A DNA stretch of 64,000 nt from Felis catus (taxonomy: Eukaryota): the NCBI RefSeq assembly GCF_018350175.1, contig NC_058368.1:231200001-231264000 (forward strand). Reading direction: 5' to 3'. This document shows positions 1 to 11,515 of the stretch, in pieces. The notes under the pieces are model-generated. The model was not told the origin of the DNA, made no database searches, and saw only the letters and a list, made by a program, of their open reading frames with translations. Made by a program: the position numbers and the translations under genes. Positions within the stretch are counted from its first letter, which is position 1, and every line of letters starts with the position of its first letter.

Positions 1-265
1 TGTTTCTTATTCATGGCATGTTTGGATACAAAAATCACATAAAAATCACTTAGATTTAAGTCAGAAGTTTGCTGAGATGAAGGCCTTCAAGATCACATTT
101 CCTTTTTTCTCCACTCTTTCATTATGAAAATTTTCAAACATACAGAAAAGGTGAAGAAATAGTACAATGAACAGCTTTACGTCCTGTTTGAACAACTTTG
201 TCTGAACAACTCTGCCCCTGAGCATGTTAGGACTGTATCTTCTAGAGGTAGGATAATCTCCTTTA

Positions 266-465
266 GGGGCACCTGAGTGGTTCAGTCGGTTAAGCGTCCG
301 ACTTCAGCTCAGGTCATGATCTCATGGATCGTGAGTTCGAGCCTCACATTGAGCTGACAACTGAGGCTGGAGCCTGCTTCACGTTCTGTCTCCCTCCCCC
401 TGCTTGTGCTCTGTCTCTCTCTTTCTCTCTCTCAAATATAAATAAACATTAAAAAAAAGAAAAAG
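266..465 (+). mobile_element. CanSINE (SINEC)
   Basis: tRNA-derived head with A/B boxes, (CT)n tract, A-tail. Confidence 0.9.
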
Positions 466-1106
466 AAGAATCTCTTTTAAAACCATTAGCACCCCATAAT
501 AATACCTAGAACCTGAAGGTTCTGTAATTGTCCCAGGAATGTCTTTTACAGTTTTGCTTTGAAAAAAAAAAAAAGTGTGTAACATAAGCATCCAATCGAG
601 CCTCCTTCATTGCCACGGGTTTAAGTCTGTGTGGTCATCGCCCTTATTCTAAAACAGTCCTGTACGATTTGTTTTCTGATGACATGTCTGTTGGCAGATC
701 ATAGGACAGCTGTTAATACAAAGTCTCTCATTCTAGATTTGTCTGATTGCTTCTGGCTGTCATGTAATCTGTTCCGCTAGGCTGTCTGTATCACATAAAC
801 TGGAAGTTAGCCTAGAGGCTTGATTTGATCCGGGATAAACATTTCTTTAAAAAGAATATTTGATAGGTGGTGTGGCAGCACACAGGGAGGCCAGAAAGTC
901 AGGTTGAACCACTACCAATGTTGCTGAGTTTGATCACTTCATTAAGGTGATGGCTAAGTCTCACCATCTACTCATGATCTGTTGAGCAATGCTTGAAAGT
1001 CACAGGCCTTCAGATCCTTTCATTCAGATCTTCCTACTAAGTGGGACAGCTAGGTTTTAAAATTCTTTTTAAATTTGAAATTGCATGTTATCATTAAAAA
1101 CATTGA

Positions 1107-1344
1107 GGGGCGCCTGGGTGGCGCAGTCGGTTAAGCGTCCGACTTCAGCCAGGTCACGATCTCGCGGTCCGTGAGTTCGAGCCCCGTCAGGCTCTGGGCT
1201 GATGGCTCAGAGCCTGGAGCCTGTTTCCGATTCTGTGTCTCCCTCTCTCTCTGCCCCTCCCCCGTTCATGCTCTGTCTCTCTCTGTCCCAAAAAAAAAAA
1301 AAAAAAAAAAAAAAACAACGTTGAAAAAAAAATTAAAAAAAAAA
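1107..1344 (+). mobile_element. Young felid SINE (SINEC_Fc-type)
   Basis: CpG-intact body, long poly(A), TSD TAAAAACATTGA. Confidence 0.93.
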
Positions 1345-1362
1345 TAAAAACATTGATATTCA

Positions 1363-1575
1363 GGGGTGCCTGGGGTGGCTCAGTCGGTTAAGCATCTGAC
1401 TCTTGGTTTCAGCTCAGGTTACGATCTCACAGTTTTGTAGTTTGAGCCCTGCGTCTGGCTCTGTGCTGGCAGCCCAGAGCCTGTTTGGGCTTCTCTCTCT
1501 CTCCTTCTCTCTCTACCCCTTTCCCACTCACGCTGTCTCTGTCTCTCTCAAATAAATAAATAAAGTTTAAAAAAA
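1363..1575 (+). mobile_element. Older CanSINE
   Basis: SINE head/CT/A-tail; TSD AAAACATTGAT(A/G)TTCA. Confidence 0.9.
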
Positions 1576-1704
1576 TGAAAACATTGATGTTCATAATAAC
1601 AAGTGTATTTTACAAACCTTCTAGGCTCTTTATCACAAAATTCTCCCTTGATTTTTCCCGTGAAATAAAACCTTGTTCTAATTGTGTCAATCTCCTAATT
1701 CTTG

Positions 1705-1719
1705 CAAAAAAAAAGGAAA

Positions 1720-1768
<49 letters not shown>

Positions 1769-1832
1769 GGTGTGGGGTGGGGAGAGAGAGGGAGGGCAGA
1801 AGAAACAGAGGAAAGGAAAGAAAGAAAGGGAA
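1705..1832 (+). repeat. (GAAA)n microsatellite and purine-rich tract
   Basis: Tandem GAAA units at about 1716-1767 followed by GA-rich sequence. Confidence 0.9.
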
Positions 1833-2949
1833 AGATCACTGTTGACTCCTACTGGTCTTCCTGAGTGTCTCAGGGCCCTGAGTGCTCATCCGTGTGAAAT
1901 AGGCTGGGCCTAGAGAGTTCCTCCTGCAGAAACCAAAGGAGGGAAAGAAGCTAGGAACCCCTTCTGAGCCACTTAGAAATTCAGATTGAGTTGCCGCATT
2001 TCTGACCTTACTACTCAATAAAGCCAGACAAAAGAAACCTTTTATTTAATGCCCATGGACACAAAAGATCACCCATAAACAAGGCAAGTTCCCAATTATT
2101 GTGAAAGGGAAGGGCATGGGAAGGGCCGTAGCGACTCAGCACAACCAAGGATTCTGTATCTCTGCTGCGACATCAAAGGAAGATCAGTAAGTCCTGGGCA
2201 ACACGGCTGAATCCTGGGCTGAAGTAAAACATCAGCGGATGAGAGGATGCCTAGCAGGGATCAGAGCCCATTAGAGTCAGCAGTTGGCCCCAGCCCTGGG
2301 ATTGCAAATAGGGTCAGAAATGAAGAATAATCTGGCATCGGCTCACCCTGCCAACCAGAGGAAGCACAGTGCAAACACATACCCTCCAACTCCTGTGTAA
2401 TAGATCTCTTTCCCAGAGCAAAGCGTGAGTTGTAAAAGGGTTGCAGGCAAGTTGGGAAGTATTAGACTTCTCTACTGTTGGATTTCTGGGTGACTTTAAT
2501 CTATGAAAGCGTGTTGAGGATTTACAAAAAGGGAATGTCACCAGTGATGTCCACATATCCTTGGCCATGAACCCTTCCCTAAAAGGCCATCTCATGTGGC
2601 TAGAGTACCCGAGTATGCTCTCTGCAAAACGCTGAACCACAAAAGTCCGAGGGACCCAAAGGATAAATGAAGCAAGATATCCACCCTTGAGAGTAGAAAA
2701 GCATCTAAGTTAGCTATGGAACCTTCCACTTCCAGAGGATCCTATAGCTCACAAATTCTTTGAAACTGTGTTGGATTTCCCTGGTTAAGGCAGATCACCC
2801 CACGCTGGTAATAAATCCCACCTCCAAGGATGGATGCTGGGTTGCCCTGTGTGAGCTCATGAGTCAGTCCCAGAAGGTCATGGGACAGTTAACAAGCATT
2901 TTCAGGAGTGGACTATGAACTTCTTCATGTTCTTACCTTTGGGATGTGG

Positions 2950-3131
2950 AATCATCGGCTAAATGATGGCCCCCAAAAAGATATGTCCATGCCTTAATCC
3001 CTGGAACCTGTGAATATTACCTTATTTGGAAAAACAACCTTTGCAGGTGTGATTCGGGTAAGGATCTTGAGATGAGAAGATCATCCTGCATTATCTGGGT
3101 AGACCAGAAATGCAATGACAGGTGTCCTTAG
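2950..3131 (+). mobile_element. MaLR LTR fragment (MLT1C/D-like)
   Basis: aatccctggaacctgtgaatattaccttatttggaaaa...aaggatcttgagatg resembles the MLT1 5' part. Confidence 0.7.
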
Positions 3132-3145
3132 GGGGACAGAGAATC

Positions 3146-3225
3146 GGGGCGCCTTGCTGGCTCACCCAGAGGAGCATGTTGCTCTTGACCTCAGGGTCAT
3201 GAGTTCGAGACCCACGCTGGGTGTA
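3146..3225 (+). mobile_element. Short CanSINE (tRNA-like head only)
   Basis: ggggcgcc...gagttcgagacccacgctgggtgta. Confidence 0.75.
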
Positions 3226-3880
3226 TCGAATACTGCCACACTCAGCCACGTGCAGCATTCAGGGGCCACTCCCCAGGCTCCAGAGGAGTCTCTCTCTGGC
3301 TCCTCTCTTGCAACGTACATTTTAATCTGTTTGGCTTCTAACCTGAAATTGTGTAGCTGCCCTAAACGGAGGGTCTCCCTTAGAAATTTCATCTTAGCTG
3401 TATGGCACCCAAAGGAATCTTTAGGGATTAACTAGCACCTCTCCCTCCTGTATTTATTAAGATCCAAAGCTGCATTTCTTCTGTATCTCGTGGGTCTCCA
3501 TTACCATCAAGCATTTACTGAGTGGTTTTTCTGTGGAATATGCTATGTTAGACCCTGGAGATAAGCAGGTCAGGCAGATCAAAGACATAGTTCCTGTCCC
3601 TGAAGAAGGTTACCACTGAATTCAGGACTGCTTTCTAGGTTTCCTGGGAAAGAATCTTTTTTTTACAACTTCCCTTGGGGAAGCCACATAATGATCACCA
3701 TTCTGACTGCTTAGATGCAGTCTCAAAGTCTAACTAGAATTTCTCAGTTTCTTAGGTTTAAATCTTCTTTTTGAGCACAAACCATTGAAGTGTACGACAT
3801 GTTATTTTTGTTTGTGAAGTTCTCCTTCCTCCTTGTCTCCTGGTAACAAGATCTGCTTCTCTGTCTCTCCCTGTCTCTCT

Positions 3881-3977
3881 CTTTTTAAGTAAGCTGTACA
3901 CCCAATGTGGGGCTTGAACTCACGACCAGGAGATGAAGAGTCACACGCTCTACTTACGGAGTCAGCCAGGCGCCCCG
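3881..3977 (-). mobile_element. Short CanSINE
   Basis: Reverse tRNA-like head ending caggcgcccc. Confidence 0.8.
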
Positions 3978-4284
3978 ATCTGTCTCCCTTTTAGAGAACT
4001 GCTCCTGTGTCACTCCAGAGTTCTGGAGTCTCCCCACTGGCCCATCACCCCTTTCCTCCTCCGTCCCTGGAGAGGGCTTCCAGTCTAGCCTGGACAAATA
4101 TATACACTTGGTGCCCACGATGCTGCGTCTCTCCCACTAACCCCTTCAGTCCACTCATCATCCCTCTCACCCTACTCTGACTCCAGGTTTCTGACACGTT
4201 AGTTTCCAATTACATCTACAGACTTTGCAGAGTGATCCTCATAGTACTCTGAATTTAAATTTTTGAGCAACCATTCAGAAGCTC

Positions 4285-4480
4285 TAAATAACATCTAGCA
4301 TCGGCTGAGCACGTGCTGAGTGCCAGGCCCTGCCCAATGGACCTGATGGCATCGTAACTGGTTCAAATCTCAACACTCTTATGCGGTAGAAGCTGGAGAG
4401 ACGAACTCTCAGACTCCATGCATTACTCCCATCTGACACTCTCAGAAGTGGCGCCCTCAGTGTCTGAATCCAGGGCCTGA
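4285..4480 (-). mobile_element. MIR-like SINE fragment
   Basis: gagcac...gtgccaggccctg...ctgaatccaggg layout typical of MIR; highly diverged. Confidence 0.5.
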
Positions 4481-4929
4481 GCAAGGAAACACATCCCGGG
4501 CTCACAGGAGACCCCGAGTCCCCGTCAGAGGTGCCTCCTGGTCCCCATAACTGCTGAGTCTACACAGGTGTTTAATTCCGTCCTGGTCTCTTCCTTTCCT
4601 CCCTGTGACGCTCCATGTTCCGCTTCTCCTGGGGTGACCTTCACAGCTGTGCCTCTGTCGTACACAGTGCCTCACCTCCTGGTCAATACGACCGTGGGGA
4701 CCACTCTCTTGACCCGTCTAACCTCAAGGCATTCACTGAGGCACTGAACACACAAATGGACCCTGACCTGACCATGCACGACAGCAGAACTCTACCCCAC
4801 AGTCTGCCGCGGCCGGCCCAGGAAGCCAAGCTTCCAGCCCTGCGGCATTGGCCTGGAACTTCATCAGTAGCTGTCAACTTCTCTACCTTGTGGTCCCGCT
4901 TCCAATTTAGGACCAACGAGAGAAAGCCA

Positions 4930-5164
4930 AACACGCATCTGTAACGGCTCACACAGGACACCCCGCTTCGGTTCCCCGTGCCAACAGTCTGCAAACAGAA
5001 CGTATCTGAAACCTTCCCTTCTTCCATTATAAAGCTTCCCCCCTCCTGTGCCCGCCTTTGAGGGTCTGCCAAACACGGGAGGGGGGCTGACTCCTCTTGT
5101 ATAGTAAGCTCTGAATGAATAGGCTTTGCTTTTCTCATTTGGGTGGTCTTTGTTTATTTCCACA
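4930..5164 (+). mobile_element. Old LTR-like fragment (family not assigned)
   Basis: TATAAA, a degenerate poly(A) region and an end in ...tttatttccaca. Confidence 0.4.
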
Positions 5165-5320
5165 TCATTTGAGTTTTAACTGGTTGTAGGTCTTTCTGTT
5201 TTGGTGCCCTGCCCACCCCTGCCCTGCAGAAAACCTTCACCACTCTCTCTGGCCTGGCCCTGGCCTCAAATCTGTCCCCTTTTGACACGAATGACCCTAA
5301 GCCTCAGCCTTTTCTTGCAG

Positions 5321-5713
5321 TGACTCATCAGTTTCTTCACCAGGCTACTCAGTCTCATGGCAGGTGAGACCTCCAATCACTGCCTGACACCCACCGGGGC
5401 TCATTTTAGCCCCGGTGCTGCGAAGCGGTTGCCATGGCGATAGATGCACAGGCAGGAGGGAGAGTGGCTCCAAGCAGCGAGGGCCCGAGCTTGCGGCCTG
5501 GTCGGCCCTGCTCAATCCCATCCTCACCTCCTCCCACCCCACCCCCACGCCGCCACCCAGAGCAACAAGGGGGTGGGAGTGGGGATTGTCCACGTTGGTC
5601 CCTCTTGGATCCTCCTCCAGCACACCCCCCACATTGGCTCTTAATCATTGGCGTCACTTGGTCGTGCAGCTTCGACCGCGTTGCTTAGCAACGAAATAAC
5701 AAACAAGGTAAAT
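5321..5713. promoter_or_regulatory. Orphan promoter/enhancer-like motif cluster (RFX X-boxes, CCAAT, CRE half-site, AP-1)
   Basis: GTTGCCATGGCGAT 5428-5441; CGTTGCTTAGCAACG 5679-5693; ATTGG 5633 and 5647; CGTCA 5652; TGACTCA 5321; locally CpG-rich. Confidence 0.45.
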
Positions 5714-5814
5714 CGAATCTCCATTGAATCTGCGTGAAAGCCTTGTTAACATGGACGCGTCCTCAGTGCTGCAGTGCCAAGGTGGGGGTGGGGCTGACTC
5801 GTCTTAAACGGAGG

Positions 5815-6090
5815 ATTCACACAGTAGAAAGTGAGCAAAGCTTAAGTGCACATTCTTGATAAATTGCAACCAACACCCAGAACAGGATATGGAGTGTTTC
5901 CAGGGCTGCGCAGAATTCCCTCCTGCCCTTCCCACGACCCCCGCCCCCCAGGGACATGCATGTGACTTCCATCACCATCAATTTGTTCTGCTTTTGAACT
6001 TCAGATGAATGGAATCAGACCTCGTGGACCATTTGCGGCTGACTTATTTCGCTCATCATGAAGGGAGTGAGATTTCCCCATTGTGTGTGT
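5815..6090 (-). mobile_element. Ancient L1 (L1M) 3' fragment
   Basis: cttttgaacttcagatgaatggaatc...gacttatttcgctca motif of antisense L1M 3' ends. Confidence 0.55.
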
Positions 6091-6487
6091 GGCTGGAAGA
6101 GGAGGATTCCCTCTCCCCCGGCAAAAGAACGGTCAGGGCTTTGAACTTGGTCAGCCTCCTGGCTTCTCTGCCTCGCCTTCCACTGAAACTCCTGGTGGAT
6201 ATCCACTTGAACCAAACCCCAGCTTACCAAGGCTCTTCGCAAATTGGCTCATCTCTGCAAGTGGCTGGAGCTGCCCCAGCCTCCATTCCAAGGGCTCTTG
6301 GACTGTTTTTTCCCCATTAGTCAGGGTGGTAGGGTACCTTAGCACACACTGCTTCCCTTGTTCCTGAGCCACCTGAATTAGGGCGTCACAGAGCCCTGGC
6401 GGCCAAGACAGCCTGAGGCATTAGAATCCTCTTCCCTCCAGACAGTCTCATTCCTTTCCAGTTATTTGGACTTCTCCTATTTAAAAA

Positions 6488-6681
6488 ACATTTTTTTAAG
6501 TTTGTTTATTTGTTTTGAGAGAGTGAGAGGGCGCCCAAGCGGGGGAGGGGCAGAGAGAAAGAATCCCAAACAGGTTCCATACCATCAACGCAGAGCTTGA
6601 CTCAGGGTGCCAACTGTGAGATCATGACCTGAGCCAAGGTCAAGAGCAGATGCTTAACCGTCTGCGCCACCCAGGTACCCG
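6488..6681 (-). mobile_element. CanSINE
   Basis: T-tail, (GA)n, reverse head. Confidence 0.88.
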
Positions 6682-6699
6682 GAACTTCCTCTACTTTTT

Positions 6700-7060
6700 A
6701 AAACTGCATATTTTGAAATGATATTACAGAAAAGTTGCAACAATAGTACAGACTCTTTAGTACGTTTCATCCACCTTCCCCAAATAGTAATGTTTTGCAC
6801 ACTTGCTCTACCATTTTTTCTATCCCCATATGAATTATTTGTGTACGTTTTTTCTAAACTGTTTAAGAGTGTATTGTAGGCATCATACCTCTTTGCCCCT
6901 AAATACTTCGCTATGTATTTCTATTTTTTCAAAAGGACATTTTCTTACATAACCACAGTACGTTTATTAAAATGAGGAAATTAACATTGGCACGCCAGTG
7001 TTATATAACTCCCGACCTTATGCAGATTCTGCCCATCAGCCAGTAATGAGTTTGTTTGTG
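6700..7060 (-). mobile_element. L1MC-like 3' fragment (left part of the interrupted host element)
   Basis: acagaaaagttgcaa...cccctaaatacttc...aaggacattttcttacataaccacagta. Confidence 0.65.
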
Positions 7061-7585
7061 AGAGTTGCGGCACTTTTCAAATTATTTTTTTATTATAGTA
7101 ACATACATACAGCATAGAACTTGCTATTTTCACCTTAATTTAACATTTTTTAATAATTTTTAAAAAGTTTTTGTTTTAATTCCAGGTAGTTAACATACAG
7201 TGTTATATTGGTTTTTGCTGTGCCATATAGTGATTCAACAATCCCATACATCACTTGGTGCTTGTCACAAGTGCACTCCTTTACCCCCGTCTCCTATTTT
7301 ACCCACCCCCCCAACCCCCTCCCCTCTGTTTCCATCAGTTTGTTCTCCATAGCTAAAAGACTGTTTCTTGGTTTGCCTCTCTCTCTCTTTTTTTCCCTTT
7401 GTTCACTTCTTTGGTTTCTTAAATCCCACGCATGAGTGAAATCCTATGGTATTTGTCTTTCTCTGACTGACGTATTTTGCTTAGTGTGATAATCTCTAGC
7501 TCCATCCATGTCATTGCAAATGGCAAGGTTTCATTCTTTTTTATGGCTGAATAATATTCCATTGTGTAGATGCCACAACTTCCTT

Positions 7586-7701
7586 CTTTTTCTTAAAGAT
7601 TTAATTTTTTTAACTAATCTCTACACCCAATGTGGAGCTCAAACTCATGACCCCGAGATCAAGAGTCACACACTCTACTGACTGAGCCAGACAGGTGCCC
7701 C
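7586..7701 (-). mobile_element. Short CanSINE nested in L1
   Basis: Reverse head; flanked by agatgccacaac/agataccacatc. Confidence 0.82.
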
Positions 7702-7726
7702 AGATACCACATCTTCTTTATCCATT

Positions 7727-8456
7727 TGATGAGAGAGTAGGAGGCAAGTTGAGGGCAAAGTACAGGCTAACAGCACTCCTCCTCCAGGTAGGATAGGTTG
7801 TGATATTCTTTGCACACTCCTGGCTACCCAAGAACCAAGGAGAGGGGTTTAAGTGCTTGCTATGGTGGTGTGGGAAACTAAGGCAAATGAAAAATTAAAT
7901 TCCCTTACTGCCTGCAGCCCATTGACAAGTCCTTGAAACGGGCTGAGTGACCTCCCTCTAGGAGCTCAGCTGCCTTGATGATGACACTTTGCTAGGGGCA
8001 AAAGAGAATCTTGGCTTAACCTTGACGCCCCAGGAACCTGTAAGTCTACTTGAACATATAAAAATTCCTTTGGAAACTTTCTTTATCTCAACTCCACCAA
8101 GATATAGGCAGGCAATCATACTCCAAGCTTATGGCCCCCCGATACACATCTGAAGGGTCTCATGACTGAGGTTTTACCAAACAGTAATAAAATGCATTTC
8201 CCTAGTAACACCTAGCCCCTCAAGGTCCTAGAAACCTTGCTTCCAAAATTCCTTAGAGACTTACTCTATCCCTAACCCCCTCTCAACCTGAGGATATATA
8301 ATCAGTTACCCATCAGGACCCCAGTGCAGCTCTTGTGCCCACGGGTCCTGTCCCTGTGCTTTAATAAAATCACCTTTTTGCACCAAAGACGTCTTCAAGA
8401 ATTCTTTCTTGACCATCGGCTCCAGACCCCTCTACCAAAACCCCAAAACTTCACCA
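7727..8456 (+). mobile_element. Solo ERV LTR (ERV1-like) inserted in L1
   Basis: TG...CA ends (TGATGA.../...TCACCA), 4-bp TSD CATT/CTTT; TATA-like GATATATAA ~8292, AATAAA 8363-8368; L1 sequence resumes exactly after it. Confidence 0.8.
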
Positions 8457-9009
8457 CTTTCATCAATTGATGGATATTTTGACTGCTTCCCTATCTTGAC
8501 TGTTGTAAATAATGCTGCTATAAACATAGGGGTGCATGTTTGTCTTTGAATCACTGTTTTCGTATTCTTTGGGTAAATATCCAGTAGTGGATCATAGGGT
8601 AGTTCTATTTTTAACTTTTTGAGGACCCTCCGTACTGTTTTCCACAGTGGCTACACCAGTTTGCATTGCCACCAACAGTGCATGAGCGTTCCTTTTTCTC
8701 CACGTCCTTGCCAACACCTGTTGTCTATTTCAACCATTTTTAAGTGTACAATCCATGGCATTAAGTACATTCACAATGTTGTGCAACCTTATCACCATCT
8801 TAGTCCATTTGGGCTGCTATGACAAAAATACCATAGAGCAGGTGACCTATAAACAACAGACACTTATTTCTTGAAGTTCTGGAGGTCCAAGATCAAGGTG
8901 CCAGCAGATGAGGTGTCTGGGGAGGATGTTTCCTGGTTCATAGATGGCAATCTCTAACTGTGTCCTTGCATGTCAGAAAGACAGGGGAGCTCTCTGGGGT
9001 CTTTCTTTT

Positions 9010-9229
9010 AAAAAAAAATTTTTTTTTTTAATGTTTATTTATTCTTGAGAGAGAGAGAGACAGAGAGACAGAGCGTGAGCCGGGGAGGGATAGAGAGAGA
9101 GGGAGACACAAAATCAGAAACAGGCTCCAGGCTCTGGGGTGTCAGCATAGAGCCTGACAGGGGGCTCAAACTCACAAACTGCAAGATCATGACCTGAGCC
9201 GAAGTCAGATGCTTCACCACCCAGGCACT
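9010..9229 (-). mobile_element. CanSINE
   Basis: Full reverse SINE; TSD ctggggtct(t/c)t.. Confidence 0.9.
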
Positions 9230-9242
9230 CTGGGGTCTCTTT

Positions 9243-9244
<2 letters not shown>

Positions 9245-9286
<42 letters not shown>

Positions 9287-9485
9287 TGTTTATTTATTTT
9301 TGAGACAGAGAGAGACAGAGCATGAACGGGGGAGGGTCAGAGAGAGGGAGACACAGAATCTGAAACAGGCTCCAGGCTCTGAGCTGTCAGCACACAGCCC
9401 AACGCGGGGCTCGAACTCACGGACGGCGAGATCATGACCTGAGCCGAAGTCAGCCACTTAACCGACTGAGCCACCCAGGCGCCCC
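9245..9485 (-). mobile_element. CanSINE with (TTTA)n tail
   Basis: Full reverse SINE; TSD ctggggtctcttttt. Confidence 0.92.
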
Positions 9486-9639
9486 TGGGGTCTCTTTTTA
9501 CAAGACTACTAATCTCATTCACAAAGGCTCTGCCCTCATGACCTACTCATCTCTCAAAGGCTCCACCTCCAAATACCCTACTGGGGATTAAGTTTCAATA
9601 TATGAATTTTTGGAGACACAAACATCCAGTCTACGGCGA

Positions 9640-9870
9640 CCACTATCGGTTTTTGGTACTGTCCCATCATCTTAAACGAACTGAGTACTCAGCGCACAAT
9701 AATTCCCCATCCCCCCCTCCCCTCGGCCCCTGGAAACTACTATGTATTCTATCTCTGAATTTGACTATTTTAAGAACTTCATAAAGGTGGAACCACACAA
9801 TATTTGTCTCTTTTGATTGGATTATTTCCCTTGGCATAATGTCCTCGAGGTTCATCCACCTCGTAGCATG
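9640..9870 (-). mobile_element. L1MB-like 3' fragment (continues 7085-7134 and 8726-8798)
   Basis: ctctgaatttgactatttta...ggcataatgtcctcgaggttcatcca. Confidence 0.65.
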
Positions 9871-9904
9871 ACCGATGTCCTTTATAAGGAAAAGGGGAAA
9901 ACGC

Positions 9905-10810
9905 CATTTTTCCTGGTCCAGGATCTGATCCCAAACCCAGAGTGCATTTAGGTGTCATGCTTCTTTAGTCCCCTGTAATAAGGAACAATTTCTTAATCTT
10001 CCTGCGTTGTTCATGAGCTCGGCGTTTTTGTAGGGTACAGGCCAAACGTAAAATACGTTTCAGTGTGGTTTGATATTCCCTCACAAATTCAAGTTATGAA
10101 TTTTGAGCATGAGCGGCACCGAAGTGATGTGCCCTTGTTGCATTGTATCAGAGGCTCCTGTTGTCAGTTTGTCCAGTTACTGATGATGTTCATTTGGATC
10201 ACTTGGTTAAGATGGCTGCCAGATTTTTCTCCACCGTAAAGTTGCTATTTTACCTTTGATAGTTAGTATCCTGTGAGGGAAGACTGAGACCGTATACAAA
10301 TCTCATTTCTTGTTAACCTTTCACGCCCTGTTTTAGTATTCATTGATGATTCTCTCCGACACAGTTATTACTATGGTGGCTCCTGATGGTATTTCTGATT
10401 CCATTACTCCTTCTACATTTACTAGTTGATATTCTACCATAGGAAGACCTTTCTCTTCTCTCCATTTTTTTTTTTTTTCACTTACATAATTGGATCTGTA
10501 GGCACTTGTGGATTTTTACTTGAGACCATGATTATAATAGAATAAGGTAAGAATAGTTGTAACACAATACCATCGTTACTGTTGGGCAAATTATTCCAGA
10601 TTTGTCCAAAGAGAGCTCCTTCAAGCTAACTTCCTTTTCGTTCTTTTGATAAGTTTGCGTCATTCTTTGCGCACTTCCTCACTGTCTGGCAGAATACTGT
10701 GATCTGGCGTCATCTTGTATCTTTCCTATCTGAACCCTGAAATTAACCAGTCGGCCATGGGGCTCTGGTGTCTCTGGGTGGAGAATGGGATTCACAAACC
10801 CGGATCTGGG
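9905..10810 (-). mobile_element. L1MC-like 3' fragment (right part of the host element)
   Basis: ctggtccaggatctgatc...tgcatttaggtgtcatg...ggatcacttggttaagatgg...ccttctacatttactagttg. Confidence 0.65.
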
Positions 10811-11035
10811 CATTGGGTGAGCTTCGAGACCCTCTTAGCTGGTAGAATTACTGGGGTGTCTTGCCCTGGACATGCCAGCATAGCTACACGACACTTTCGC
10901 TCTTTGCGAGCACCTTCACCTATCAGTTCTCGTTCTCAGTCGACTGCTAAATCATAGACATGAAAAACTGTGATCTTATTCTGGGGGGTAGATCACCACG
11001 GATTTTATTTTCTGTTTTTAGACATACATATTCAG

Positions 11036-11515
11036 GTATTGATTTCCTGTTGCTGTTATAACAAATTATCGCAAACTTAGAAGCTTGAAACGGTACCCGT
11101 TTATTGTCTTACAGACATCAGAAGTCTGAGATGCGTTTCACTGCCCTGTCCTGGAATTGGAGTGTTTGCAGGACTGAGTTCCTCGTGGGGGCTCCAGGGC
11201 AGAAACTCCTTCTTTGCCTCTTTCCACCTTCTGGAAGCTGCCGGCGTTCACCAACTCGCGTCCCTTTGTCCATCTTCAAAGTCAGCAATTGCATTGCTGG
11301 GACCTCTGTTTCTGGGGTTCTCCTCTTGACTCTGCCCTTTGTGCCTCCCTCTTCCCTGTGATTATACTGGGCCCACGCAGGTGATCCAGGATAATCTTCT
11401 ACCTCCAGAGCCTTAATCTAATCACCCCCACTTTGTGCGCGTGGGTGTGCCACATAACATGTTTACAGGTTCTAGGGATTAGGAGGTGGACGTCTGTGGA
11501 GAGCCTTATGCCATC
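11036..11515 (-). mobile_element. MaLR LTR (MLT1-type)
   Basis: tttcctgttgctgttataacaaatta...acaggttctagggattagga. Confidence 0.75.

Larger units (their letters stand above)
7150..8725 (-). mobile_element. Carnivore L1, 3' UTR plus ORF2 end, interrupted by a SINE and a solo LTR
   Basis: T-rich tail; atttgtctttctctgactga...tccatccatgtcattgcaaatggcaag; ctgttttccacagtggctacaccagtttgcatt; flanked by ctattttcacc/ctatttcaacc. Confidence 0.85.
8799..9638 (-). mobile_element. MaLR LTR (MLT1A-like) interrupted by two SINEs
   Basis: tcttagtccatttgggctgctatgacaaaaatacc...tatgaatttttggagacacaaacatccagtc. Confidence 0.8.

Noticed and set aside
1575..1913. Lys/Glu/Arg-rich ORF
   Set aside because: Translation of the (GAAA)n microsatellite.
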